Below, one piece after another: positions 51,982-61,735 of a stretch of DNA of 64,000 bases (its first letter is position 1; every line of letters starts with the position of its first letter). A program made the position numbers and the translations under genes. The stretch comes from Candidatus Kapaibacterium sp. (GTDB lineage Bacteria; Bacteroidota; Ignavibacteria; Kapaibacteriales; UBA2268): contig OY761611.1 of the NCBI GenBank assembly GCA_963664875.1, forward strand, positions 1,472,001-1,536,000, in the 5' to 3' direction. The notes under the pieces were generated by a model. That model searched no databases and was not told the DNA's origin. It saw only the letters and a list, made by a program, of their open reading frames with translations.

Positions 51982-53946
51982 TTATCTTATTATCTGTATT
52001 GTTTTAAACATTGTTTCCGAAGCGTTTTTTACTTCAAGCAAATATATGCCGCTTGGAATATGATTTAAGTCAAACTCAATTTCCGAATTCCCGTTTAGTG
52101 TTGTTTCTTTTGTGAGTATCGCTCTGCCCTGCAAATCATTGATAGAAACCTCTGCTCTTCCTGTTAGATTCATAACCTTGATATTTATATAGTCACAAGC
52201 AGGATTCGGATAGACACCAAGTTCTGAGATTGGCAATTCTTCGACAGAAGTAATTCCATCTAACTCAATAGTTTTGATTTTCATAAGCGGAACGATAGTG
52301 CCGTTGTCAATTGCTATCGAATCTAATCCCGGCATTTGCGGAAGTTCAAATTTTTGATTGACATCACTGATGTAATAAACAGTGTCAATTTTATTGCCGC
52401 TTTCATCGAAATATGTAACGGGAACCGGCACAAATGTATATCCACCAAATGATTTTGCCTGAACCTGTTTGAAAGAAATGTAGCTATTTGACTGGTCATA
52501 CACACCCTGCTCGTTTCTTGCTGCATATACTTTGATGTCAAACTCAGGCCAGCCTTTGCCAAATACCCATTGAGCAAAGAAAGTATCAATATCTTTGCTT
52601 GTTAGTGCTTTGAGCTCATCTTTAAGCTTTTCTGTATTGACGTTTGAGTAAGCATTATGAGCAAAATAATTTTTAACAGCTTGGAAGAAAACTTCGTCTC
52701 CGACAAACTCTCTCAAAGTTGCAACCACCAGAGCTCCCTTCTGATAAATAGTCTGAGGATAGTTCGAGGACGGGGATTCTCTAACAAAATCATACAAAGG
52801 AAAAACACCCTCTGCAGGTGCGATATTGTTTAGATAGTCACTCCGCTTTTGTCTTAAAATCTTAGAGTAGTTTTCTTTACCAAAAATATATTCTTTGTAA
52901 AGTGCTTCTGAAAATGTAGCAAATGATTCATTCAACCATGCATCTCTGAAGTCTTCCGGGGTTACCAATCCGCCAAACCACTGATGCGAAAGCTCATGAG
53001 CAATGGTAGAATTTAAGGAATCTTTATTGATGTTTGCCTGTGAGATGATGGAAGTCGGCAAAGAAATCATAGTTTGATGCTCCATAGCCCCTTTTGTAGT
53101 TATCACATATCCCACCTTTTCAAAAGGATAATCTCCGTAATAATTTTCAAAGGCTTCGAGCACTAAAGGAAGTTTTGCAAATGCAAAATCGGCTCTGCCA
53201 ATCATCACTTCTTTTGCATAATACTCAATAGGCTTTTTCCAGCCCTTGATTTCGCCTTTAACATACTGTGACATGGCAAAATTCATCATATAAGTAGCTA
53301 TAGAATCTTTACTCGCCCATTGATATATATCAGTGCCATTATCAAGATAATGCACTTTCAGCACGCCATTGGATGCTACGGAGTAAGCTGTTGGCACGTG
53401 GTATTTTATATCATAACTAACTTTATCATTAGGATGATCAAGACATGGCAGCCAGTGAGAGGTAGTCGAAACCCAAGGGCAAGTGAAGCCAACACCAAGC
53501 GAATACAGCATCTGGTCTTCGTTGTGTACTCCACCCCATTTATATCCGGGTTCTTTTCCCATTTTTCCGCTATAAAATACACTAACGACAGCAGAATCAG
53601 ACTTGTCAGGAATTTGGAAATAATGACAATAATCTGCATCATCATAATTGCCGTAAGTTGATATGTCAATTTTTACATCGTTGTAAAAAACTGAATCGAC
53701 ATTCAAGTCCCTAAGGTGGAAATAGAATTTATCATCTTCAGATTTACTGCTTCTATAAATCAAAATATTATTCACTCCATGAGCATCTGTACTCAAGCCG
53801 GCAGTTAAAAACACGTCAGCATCGTAATGCAACACATCATAAGATAAGTTAAGAGGCTTTAACGGATGCGGAATTTCATCAGCTGAAATATTTAAAACAG
53901 CCAAGAATAAAGAAGCTAATATAAATAGCCTAAAATTCTTAAACAT
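51982..53946 (-). CDS. M1-family aminopeptidase with T9SS type A C-terminal domain
   Basis: GAMEH, HELSHQWFG...WLNESFA (HEXXH-18-E), YQKGA; C-terminal YPNPA...GIYLLEV. Confidence 0.9.
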   Translation of the reverse strand: MFKNFRLFILASLFLAVLNISADEIPHPLKPLNLSYDVLHYDADVFLTAGLSTDAHGVNNILIYRSSKSEDDKFYFHLRDLNVDSVFYNDVKIDISTYGNYDDADYCHYFQIPDKSDSAVVSVFYSGKMGKEPGYKWGGVHNEDQMLYSLGVGFTCPWVSTTSHWLPCLDHPNDKVSYDIKYHVPTAYSVASNGVLKVHYLDNGTDIYQWASKDSIATYMMNFAMSQYVKGEIKGWKKPIEYYAKEVMIGRADFAFAKLPLVLEAFENYYGDYPFEKVGYVITTKGAMEHQTMISLPTSIISQANINKDSLNSTIAHELSHQWFGGLVTPEDFRDAWLNESFATFSEALYKEYIFGKENYSKILRQKRSDYLNNIAPAEGVFPLYDFVRESPSSNYPQTIYQKGALVVATLREFVGDEVFFQAVKNYFAHNAYSNVNTEKLKDELKALTSKDIDTFFAQWVFGKGWPEFDIKVYAARNEQGVYDQSNSYISFKQVQAKSFGGYTFVPVPVTYFDESGNKIDTVYYISDVNQKFELPQMPGLDSIAIDNGTIVPLMKIKTIELDGITSVEELPISELGVYPNPACDYINIKVMNLTGRAEVSINDLQGRAILTKETTLNGNSEIEFDLNHIPSGIYLLEVKNASETMFKTIQIIR

Positions 53947-54150
53947 AAGGCATTTTCTCCCATTTATTCAGATATATAAACTTAAAAAATTACCGCTATT
54001 AAAACAATAAATAAAACGGCGAAACCTCATGTAAAGATAAACGTAAAAAATATTATCACTCTTGATTTTTTTTCTTTGCAATTATGCAAATGTATGCTAT
54101 CTTAAGGCAAGGATTAAAATTCTTTTACCACGTCAAAATAGGAGTACGTT

Positions 54151-55086
54151 ATGATGGATGGTGCAACTACCCCGGAAAAGTCTTTAATGACCTGCTACTC
54201 TGTAGAAGAGGCTCTGCAAAATAAAGACAAAGTTACCAAACTTGATCTGCATTTCAAAGACCTCGAAGAGTTTCCAAAAGAAATCTTGGAATTGGAAAAT
54301 TTGATTGAATTAGTGCTTTGGAACAACAGACTTACAGAAATTCCCGAAGACATTTACAGACTTAAAAGCTTGGAAAAATTGGAATTAAGCGGCAATAAAA
54401 TCAAAGAATTGCCTGCAGGTATCGGAAAAATGGAAAACTTAAAAGTGCTCGTACTTAGCTGGAATCAGCTTACTACACTTCCTGCTGAAATCGGCAATCT
54501 GAAAAATCTGCAAAGATTGGGTCTAAATAACAACCTTATCGAATCTCTTCCTGCTGAAATCGGCAACCTTACATGTCTAAGCGAACTTGTTTTAAACGAA
54601 AATCAAATTACTGCTCTTCCTGAAGAAATCGGCAATTTGACGAATTTAGTGAAACTTCGTGCGCATAGCAATAATTTATCTGAAATTCCTCAATCTATTA
54701 CTAATCTCCAAAACTTAGAGAAGTTAGAAGTCAATCAAAACAGTATCGCTGCTTTGCCTGCTAATATTGGAAGTATGAAAAAACTCCAAAAAATCAGAGC
54801 ATGCTCTAACCTTTTGACGGAACTTCCTGAAAGCATCACTGAGCTCGAAAACTTAGAGAAGCTTCTACTCTTTGAAAATGATTTGAAGGCACTACCTTCC
54901 GGATTAAATAAATTAGGGAAACTTACTGAGCTTGATTTGAGTTCAAATGACTTCTCAACTCTACCGGGAGAAATTGCAGAATTAAAGAGTCTGAAAGAAC
55001 TTAAGGTCAATAAGAACAATATTGAAAAACAAAATATTGAAACCTTGTTCACAGCTTTGCCAAACACTAAAATCAAGTGGCAATAG
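54151..55086 (+). CDS. Leucine-rich repeat protein (about 12 repeats of 23 aa) without signal peptide
   Basis: LxxLxLxxNxLxxLPxEIGNL repeats; AGGAG RBS. Confidence 0.92.
   Translation: MMDGATTPEKSLMTCYSVEEALQNKDKVTKLDLHFKDLEEFPKEILELENLIELVLWNNRLTEIPEDIYRLKSLEKLELSGNKIKELPAGIGKMENLKVLVLSWNQLTTLPAEIGNLKNLQRLGLNNNLIESLPAEIGNLTCLSELVLNENQITALPEEIGNLTNLVKLRAHSNNLSEIPQSITNLQNLEKLEVNQNSIAALPANIGSMKKLQKIRACSNLLTELPESITELENLEKLLLFENDLKALPSGLNKLGKLTELDLSSNDFSTLPGEIAELKSLKELKVNKNNIEKQNIETLFTALPNTKIKWQ
54478..54635 (+). repeat. 69-bp-period coding repeat within the LRR gene
   Basis: CTTCCTG(CT/AA)GAAATCGGCAA at 54478, 54547 and 54616. Confidence 0.7.
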
Positions 55087-55117
55087 CTTAAGTTTATTCT
55101 ATGAGGAGTGTAATTCG

Positions 55118-55291
55118 ATGAGCGAAATGCTTACTGCAGCCAAAATGGCTGAAAAATTGGGTATTTCTCAGGGGAAAATAAAAAAAGCTATCACTGAATT
55201 AAATATCCAACCTGATGAAACAAAAGGCAGATGTGCATACTTTTCTGAAGCAACTGCCGAAAAAATTAAGACTCATGTTGAGTCTAAATAG
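55118..55291 (+). CDS. 57-aa protein with an HTH-like N-terminus
   Basis: GAGGAG RBS then MSEMLTAAKMAEKLGISQGKIKKAI...; followed by a terminator. Confidence 0.7.
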   Translation: MSEMLTAAKMAEKLGISQGKIKKAITELNIQPDETKGRCAYFSEATAEKIKTHVESK

Positions 55292-55321
55292 TTAACAACA
55301 CTGATTTTGATTTTTGAACTT

Positions 55322-55357
55322 AACGAGTTTAGCAGAGATTTTTGCTAAACTCGTTTT
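55322..55357 (+). terminator. Terminator after the LRR-HTH pair
   Basis: 13-bp stem AACGAGTTTAGCA/TGCTAAACTCGTT followed by TT. Confidence 0.7.
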
Positions 55358-55472
55358 GCATATAAGCATTCTTTTGCATATACTTATGTCTTGGACAAAC
55401 TGAATCATTGAGCCTCACTTCAGGCATACTTATTGATAGTAATCTCTATAAGGAATACTTTTAGGAGAGACC

Positions 55473-56123
55473 ATGAAAAAAATAACGGCAATTATATTTG
55501 CTTTGTTGACTATCGTTTCTACTGCCAACGCCCTCGATATGCAGCTTGGACCTATGGTGGCAGTCAAAGCCGGTGTCAATGGAGTGGACACTCCCGAAAA
55601 CCGTCAGAACGGCATGGCATTTTCTAAACTGCCTGATTTTGGACTTTCGGCTAATATCCCTCTCACGCAATCTCAAAAAATTGGTCTGCATGCCAATTTA
55701 GGTCTGCATACTTATTCTTATGTTATCAAAGATTTTAATACTACAGAAAAATTTGTCCATAACCTTAGCTATTTTGCATTCAATCCAAATCTCTACTTCA
55801 ATGGTTTTATTATGGGTTTTAATTTTGGCTTGCCTATAAGTGCAGATGTGGAAGGCAGCAAGATAGATACCGACAAGTTAAATATGCTTATAGAATTTCG
55901 ACTTGGTGGTCATTTCAATCTCATGTCTGATGAGACAGGCTCACTCAATGTATTTTTCTACGCAGGCTATATGCTTAACAATGTAATAAATGATTTCGAA
56001 AAGAATGACCCTCTCAAAGGTGTAATTCCATATAGCGAAGAACAGCACATTAGTGATGATTTGAATATGCGAGCTGCAAGTATCTGTATTGGCTTCAATT
56101 ATTTATTTAATCTTACTTTATAG
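55473..56123 (+). CDS. Outer-membrane beta-barrel protein (small, PorT/OMP-like)
   Basis: AGGAG RBS, signal peptide ending ANA, alternating strands, C-terminal IGFNYLF. Confidence 0.65.
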   Translation: MKKITAIIFALLTIVSTANALDMQLGPMVAVKAGVNGVDTPENRQNGMAFSKLPDFGLSANIPLTQSQKIGLHANLGLHTYSYVIKDFNTTEKFVHNLSYFAFNPNLYFNGFIMGFNFGLPISADVEGSKIDTDKLNMLIEFRLGGHFNLMSDETGSLNVFFYAGYMLNNVINDFEKNDPLKGVIPYSEEQHISDDLNMRAASICIGFNYLFNLTL

Positions 56124-56132
56124 TACTAAATT

Positions 56133-56789
56133 ATGAATATAGCAAAATACATAGATCACACTTTGCTTAAGCAAGATGCCACTCATCAGATGATAGATGC
56201 ACTTTGCAAAGAGGCATATCAGCATGATTTTGCCTCTGTTTGTATCCATCCCTATTACGTTTCGTATGCAAAAAACTGGCTTCGTAATTCTCACGTAAAA
56301 ATCTGTACTGTTGTTGGATTTCCGTTTGGAGCTAACGAATCAAGTGTAAAAACTTTTGAAACAATCACAGCAATCGAAGCCGGGGCACACGAAATAGATA
56401 TAGTTATGAATATTGCTGCAGCCAAAAACGAAGATTGGCTAATCATATATGAAGAGCTTACTCCTATTTCGGAAATTTGCAAAGCCAACGGTATAGTTTT
56501 GAAAGTAATCATCGAAACTGCATTGCTTACAGAAACAGAAATTGCTCGAGCTACAGCTGTTTGCTGTGAAGCCGGAGCTGATTATATCAAAACATCAACC
56601 GGCATGGCAGGCGGAGTTACTTTAAAACATATCGGCATTATTAAAGATTTCATCTCAGAAGGTGTCAAGATAAAAGCTTCCGGGGGGATTAAAACATACG
56701 ACTTCGCAATGGAACTTATAAATGCCGGCGTTTCACGTATCGACACCAGCTCCGGTATAGAAATAATACAACAATCCGAACTAAAATAG
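56133..56789 (+). CDS. deoC: Deoxyribose-phosphate aldolase
   Basis: IDHTLL, VVGFPFG, EIDIV, LKVIIET, IKTSTG, KASGGI. Confidence 0.95.
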   Translation: MNIAKYIDHTLLKQDATHQMIDALCKEAYQHDFASVCIHPYYVSYAKNWLRNSHVKICTVVGFPFGANESSVKTFETITAIEAGAHEIDIVMNIAAAKNEDWLIIYEELTPISEICKANGIVLKVIIETALLTETEIARATAVCCEAGADYIKTSTGMAGGVTLKHIGIIKDFISEGVKIKASGGIKTYDFAMELINAGVSRIDTSSGIEIIQQSELK

Positions 56790-57042
56790 ACAGCATTTTC
56801 CTAAAAAGCTTTACTCCACTTTCTCATTGAACACTTCAAAATATGAATTAGAAGCATGGTCGTGCTATGTACTACAATCTCTTAAACACTTAAACTTGTT
56901 TCTTCTAAAATAACAATAGGTGTTTTACTGAATTTAGATAAGAACTTCCCATATTTATCTTTCCGTGTTACCCGATTTGCTGCTTAGTTAAGATTAGACA
57001 AATTTGTACTGTATTTTTTAAATATAGTAAAGGAGCTGTCTA

Positions 57043-57747
57043 ATGTTTAAACACATGTACAAAGTTGTTTTTGTTTTGCTTTTGTTGCCCCTTTTGATGA
57101 TTGAATCGAAAGCAGAAGAAGGTGGTCCAGAGCTTTCTGCAGGTGCTGATCTAATGAGCCGCTACGTCTGGCGTGGTACTGATTTCGGCAGATCGCCAAG
57201 CATTCAACCTAATCTCTCATTTTCATGGGATTTTTTCAAAATAGGTTCTTGGGGTGCATTTACAACCAATGGCACTAACGCACAGGAATGTGACCTTTAT
57301 ATGTCATTCAGTCTATTTGATGGGATGTTTAGTGTAGGAGCTACCGATTATTTCTTCCCTAATGACGAAGATAGCAGAATGTCCTACTACGAATTCGACG
57401 AAGAAAAAACAGGCCATATCGTAGAAGCAAATGTTGCTTTCAACGGCACAGAAACTATTCCTGTAGGCGTTTCATTCAACTACAATTTCTATGGCTTTGA
57501 TGATGCTAATTCTATGTACTTAGAATTTACATACAGCAGCAAAATCAAAAAAAACACTTTCGATTTGTTCATGGGTTTCGCATTAGATGATGGTCTCTAT
57601 GGTGAAACTTTCGGTGTTGTTAACTTTGGTGTTACAGCACATAAAGATGTAAAAATCACAGATTCGTTCTCTCTTCCTGTGCAGGCAAAATTTATCACAA
57701 ATCCACAGGCAGAAAATATTCACTTAGTCTTTGGTATTAGTTTATAA
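57043..57747 (+). CDS. Putative porin (TorF/TIGR02001-like beta-barrel)
   Basis: Signal peptide; SRYVWRG..PSIQP..GSWG..ECDLY; ends VFGISL; directly upstream of amtB. Confidence 0.65.
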   Translation: MFKHMYKVVFVLLLLPLLMIESKAEEGGPELSAGADLMSRYVWRGTDFGRSPSIQPNLSFSWDFFKIGSWGAFTTNGTNAQECDLYMSFSLFDGMFSVGATDYFFPNDEDSRMSYYEFDEEKTGHIVEANVAFNGTETIPVGVSFNYNFYGFDDANSMYLEFTYSSKIKKNTFDLFMGFALDDGLYGETFGVVNFGVTAHKDVKITDSFSLPVQAKFITNPQAENIHLVFGISL

Positions 57748-57772
57748 TATACTATCATTGGAGTAAATAATA

Positions 57773-58987
57773 ATGGATAGCGGTATTACTACCTTTATGG
57801 TCATAGCCACTTCTCTTGTGATGCTTATGACTCCCGGACTTGCCTTTTTCTATGGCGGTTTGGCAAGTAAACGAAACATTCTTGGTATCATGATTCAAAC
57901 TTTTGTATCGCTTGGTATCACTACAATCCTATGGGTTGCGATTGGCTACTCTCTTTCTTTCTCAGGTGGAGAAGGCGGTATAATCGGTAATCTTGATAAA
58001 GCATTTTTGATGAATGTTCCTTTTAATGCATTGTATGGTGGCCCGGAAGGCAAATTCCCTGAATTTATTTTTATAGCATACCAAATGATGTTTGCTATCA
58101 TCACTCCGGCACTTATAACCGGCGCATTTGTAAATAGGGTAACTTTCAAGGCCTATTTAATCTTCCTAGTGATGTGGCAAATTTTTGTTTATTATCCGTT
58201 TGTCCACATGGTTTGGGGCGGTGGTCTTTTGCAGGAATGGGGAGTACTCGATTTCGCAGGTGGTATCGTAGTTCACGCAACAGCAGGTTTCGCAGCATTG
58301 GCATCTGTCATTTATGTAGGTAAAAGAAGAGACACATATTCACCTCCAAACAGCATTCCACTTGTTGCAATTGGTACAGGGCTTCTTTGGTTCGGTTGGT
58401 ATGGCTTTAATGCCGGCAGCGAATTGAATGTCGATTTCATCACTACCTTAGCATTTTTGAACACTGACGTAGCTGCTTCTTTTGCTGCCATTACATGGTT
58501 AATCATTGAATGGTCAAGAGAGAAAAAACCTAAATTTGTAGGCTTATTAACAGGTGCAGTTGCAGGTTTGGCAACTATCACTCCTGCTGCAGGATTTGTA
58601 TCACTTCCTTCAGCTATGCTGATTGGTATCATTGCCGGTGCAGGTTGCTATATAGCAGTCCAAATTAAAAACAAACTTGGCTGGGACGATGCATTGGACG
58701 TTTGGGGTGTACACGGTATGGGTGGTGTATTCGGCACTATTTTACTTGGTGTTTTTGCCTCTGCAACAATCAATGGTCAAGCAGGTTTATTGGAAGGAAA
58801 TTCCGAATTTTTCTTTAAAGAGTTAGTTGCGGTCGTAGTTGCTTCTGCCTATGCTTTCATCTTCACTTATATTATGCTTGTAATCATTAACTTCATTACT
58901 CCTGTAAAAGTTTCTGATACAGATGAAGAGCAAGGTCTTGACTACTCATTACACGGCGAAAAAGCTTATGACGAAGGTGCTTTATAA
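57773..58987 (+). CDS. amtB: Ammonium transporter
   Basis: MTPGLAFFYGG, YQMMFA, DFAGGIVVH, LWFGWYGFN, DDALDVWGVHG. Confidence 0.97.
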   Translation: MDSGITTFMVIATSLVMLMTPGLAFFYGGLASKRNILGIMIQTFVSLGITTILWVAIGYSLSFSGGEGGIIGNLDKAFLMNVPFNALYGGPEGKFPEFIFIAYQMMFAIITPALITGAFVNRVTFKAYLIFLVMWQIFVYYPFVHMVWGGGLLQEWGVLDFAGGIVVHATAGFAALASVIYVGKRRDTYSPPNSIPLVAIGTGLLWFGWYGFNAGSELNVDFITTLAFLNTDVAASFAAITWLIIEWSREKKPKFVGLLTGAVAGLATITPAAGFVSLPSAMLIGIIAGAGCYIAVQIKNKLGWDDALDVWGVHGMGGVFGTILLGVFASATINGQAGLLEGNSEFFFKELVAVVVASAYAFIFTYIMLVIINFITPVKVSDTDEEQGLDYSLHGEKAYDEGAL

Positions 58988-59083
58988 GCAAGAATCTGAT
59001 TGCGTTTCTTACTTGTTAGCCAAATGTTAATAGACTCACCTTATAATTTTGATATATTGTTGACCTTAAAGCACTTGAGTCAT

Positions 59084-59123
59084 ATAGAGGCTGTCCCTTT
59101 CGGAGACAGCCTCTATTTTTTTT
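59084..59123 (+). terminator. Terminator after amtB
   Basis: ATAGAGGCTGTC...GACAGCCTCTAT followed by a T-run. Confidence 0.85.
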
Positions 59124-59134
59124 ACAAAATCAAT

Positions 59135-59178
59135 AAAAAAAAGAGCTGCAAATCAGTAAAATCTACAGCTCATTTTTT
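59135..59178 (-). terminator. Terminator after the DEAD-box helicase gene
   Basis: GAGCTG...CAGCTC stem flanked by A- and T-runs. Confidence 0.55.
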
Positions 59179-59212
59179 TAATTGTCGCATCAGACAAGAA
59201 AGTCCCCTCTAA

Positions 59213-60952
59213 CTACCCTCTGCGTTTTTCTCTACCTCGGTCTCTGTCGCCACCACTTCTTTTCGGGCGGTCAGATTCTTCGGCAACTTCCACTCTTAGC
59301 TGTCTGCCTTTATACTTTTTATTTTTTAGAGAATCAATAATCTTATCAGTATGGCGTTTGCCAACTTCAAAGAATGAGAAACTGTCTTTAATGTCAATAT
59401 CCCCTACATTGATATCTCTGTCCTGAGCAAAATCATTGATCATACCAATTATATTTTTTGGCATAATACTATCTTTTTTACCGATATTGATGAAAAATCT
59501 GGTAAACCCGGTTCTTCCACCTCTTCTTCCGCCTCTTTCACGACGCTCTTCGCCGCCGTCAAAGTCTCTGCGTCTGTCTCTGCTACGTCCGAAACGGTCA
59601 CTTCTGTCTCTCGACATTTTGTCGTCTTTGTCGTTCAAATCAGGAGCATCTCTGTAATATTCCAAGAATCTATTAAATTCTAGCGAAACAAAACGTTTGA
59701 TTACTTCTTCTTTGCTTAGTGATTCCAATTTTTCATTTACAGCATCCATAAATTGGGCTATCTGTTTTTCGTCAACTCCAACATTTTCCATTCTGTCAAT
59801 TAGATTGAAAAGTTGTTTTTCACAAATTTCAGCACCTGAAGGCACCATAACTTTTTCAAAGTTCTTGCGAATACTTCTTTCTAAATCCTGAAGTTTACGT
59901 TTTTCGCGATAATTCACGATTGCAATTGAAACACCTGATTTGTCAGCTCTACCTGTTCTACCACTTCTATGAGTATAGACTTCGAGATCTTCAGGCAAGT
60001 TATAATTGATAACGTGAGTAATATCACTAACATCTATCCCGCGAGCCGCCACATCAGTAGCCACAAGCATCTGCAAAGTGCGGTTGCGGAAATGATTCAT
60101 TACGTTATCTCTTTGCACCTGTGATAAATCACCGTGCAAAGCATCCGCGTTATAACCGTCTTTGATTAGTTTATCTGCAATATCTTTAGTTTCGTTACGA
60201 GTTCTGCAAAATACTATACCATAAATATCAGGATTATAGTCTGCAATTCGTTTTAGGACTGAGTATCTATCTTTTTCTCTTACCTGATAGTATATATGTC
60301 TTACGTTATCAGCACCGGAATTTTGCGCCCCAACAGTAATTTCCATCGGATCATTCATATATGTTTTAGCAATTCTTGCCACTTCTTTCGGCATAGTTGC
60401 AGAAAACAGAAATGTCCTTTTCTCATCAGGAGTCCCCTCCAATATGCCGTCAAGCTCATCGCGGAAACCCATGTTAAGCATTTCGTCGGCTTCGTCTAAT
60501 ACTACAGTTTGAATATTTGATACATCAGCTACATTACGTTGTATCATATCAAACATTCTACCCGGAGTAGCAACAACAATATGAGCTCCTCTCTTCAATG
60601 CACGTATCTGAGTATCTATTCTTGCACCACCGTAAACCGGTACAATGTTTAGACCTTTCATATACTTTCCAAATTGTTCTATATCTTTAGCAATCTGAAT
60701 GCAAAGTTCTCTTGTGGGAGAAAGAATTAAAGCTTGAGTTGTGTTATCTGATAAATCTATTTGCTCCAAAATCGGTAAGCCAAATGCGGCGGTTTTCCCC
60801 GTACCTGTCTGGGCTAAGCCAATGATATCTGTATCAGTGGCCAAAGCGGCAGGTATTACTTTTTCTTGGATCGGCGTGGGAGTTTCAAAGCCCAAATCTT
60901 CGATACCTTTAAGTATCTCGGGCGACAGCCCGGTCACTTTAAACGTTGACAT
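59213..60952 (-). CDS. deaD: DEAD-box RNA helicase with DbpA-type RNA-binding domain (DeaD/CsdA-like)
   Basis: Q motif PTPIQ, AQTGTGKT, PTREL, DEAD, SAT, HRSGRTGRA, C-terminal RFFINIGK domain. Confidence 0.85.
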   Translation of the reverse strand: MSTFKVTGLSPEILKGIEDLGFETPTPIQEKVIPAALATDTDIIGLAQTGTGKTAAFGLPILEQIDLSDNTTQALILSPTRELCIQIAKDIEQFGKYMKGLNIVPVYGGARIDTQIRALKRGAHIVVATPGRMFDMIQRNVADVSNIQTVVLDEADEMLNMGFRDELDGILEGTPDEKRTFLFSATMPKEVARIAKTYMNDPMEITVGAQNSGADNVRHIYYQVREKDRYSVLKRIADYNPDIYGIVFCRTRNETKDIADKLIKDGYNADALHGDLSQVQRDNVMNHFRNRTLQMLVATDVAARGIDVSDITHVINYNLPEDLEVYTHRSGRTGRADKSGVSIAIVNYREKRKLQDLERSIRKNFEKVMVPSGAEICEKQLFNLIDRMENVGVDEKQIAQFMDAVNEKLESLSKEEVIKRFVSLEFNRFLEYYRDAPDLNDKDDKMSRDRSDRFGRSRDRRRDFDGGEERRERGGRRGGRTGFTRFFINIGKKDSIMPKNIIGMINDFAQDRDINVGDIDIKDSFSFFEVGKRHTDKIIDSLKNKKYKGRQLRVEVAEESDRPKRSGGDRDRGREKRRG

Positions 60953-61258
60953 ATATAGTAATACTCAATGTGAAGAACGATATTCACAAAATTAAGCAAA
61001 CTTATCATTGCTTCTACTAAAGTAATTTTAATAAACAGTATAATTCAGAAGATATTTAGCTAAGTTATTAGAATATAATTATTTATTGCAGTTAGTGAAT
61101 ATCTTTCGATTTTATTTGCCTATACCAATTCTGACTACTATCTTAAACTCAATCCCACATATATCTAATATTTACAACAACTTAGCGATACAAAACAATA
61201 CTGGCACGATAAATGATAATTGACTATTATGTTTTTGGATATAATATAGAGAACTAAG

Positions 61259-61705
61259 ATGAAACGTTTTGCCTTGTATATCGCAATAACTTTTGCTTTG
61301 GTTTTTATGGTCAACTGTTCTTCCATGTCGCCAAATATTCGCTTCGCCGGATTAGGTGGAGGCAATTCGGATATGGAGCAAATAGAAGAAAACGGCAACT
61401 ACATCCCTACCGGCAAGACCTTCATCGGCAAAGCTTCTTTTTACCATGACAAATTCAACGGCAGAAAAACTTCAAACGGAGAAATCTTTGACAATCATAA
61501 GTTTACCTGCGCACATAAAACTCTGCCTTTTGGTACTATGCTAAAAGTTACAAATACAGATACGGGTCAGTCCGTCATAGTAAAAGTCAATGACCGTGGC
61601 CCATTCGTTAGAGGACGAGTTCTTGACTTGTCGAAAGCGGCGGCACGACAAATCGGCATGATAAGTGACGGTGTCGCAACAGTCAAAGCTGAAGTAATGA
61701 ACTAA
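61259..61705 (+). CDS. rlpA: RlpA-family lytic transglycosylase lipoprotein (DPBB domain only)
   Basis: MVNC lipobox; GKASFY, TCAHKTLPFGT, VNDRGPF, LDLSKAAA. Confidence 0.9.
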   Translation: MKRFALYIAITFALVFMVNCSSMSPNIRFAGLGGGNSDMEQIEENGNYIPTGKTFIGKASFYHDKFNGRKTSNGEIFDNHKFTCAHKTLPFGTMLKVTNTDTGQSVIVKVNDRGPFVRGRVLDLSKAAARQIGMISDGVATVKAEVMN

Positions 61706-61735
61706 TCCAAATTGCAAAACATGCAACGGTTTTCT

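Noticed and set aside
54478-54635. Regularly spaced 20-bp repeats resembling a mini CRISPR array
   Set aside because: The 69-bp period equals one 23-aa LRR in frame, and no cas genes are present.
55022-55117. Longer 89-aa version of the small HTH protein
   Set aside because: It overlaps the LRR gene end; the GAGGAG RBS supports the ATG at 55118.
61202-61217. Sigma-54 promoter before rlpA (TGGCACGATAAATGAT)
   Set aside because: The -24 element matches but the -12 position is GA rather than the near-invariant GC.
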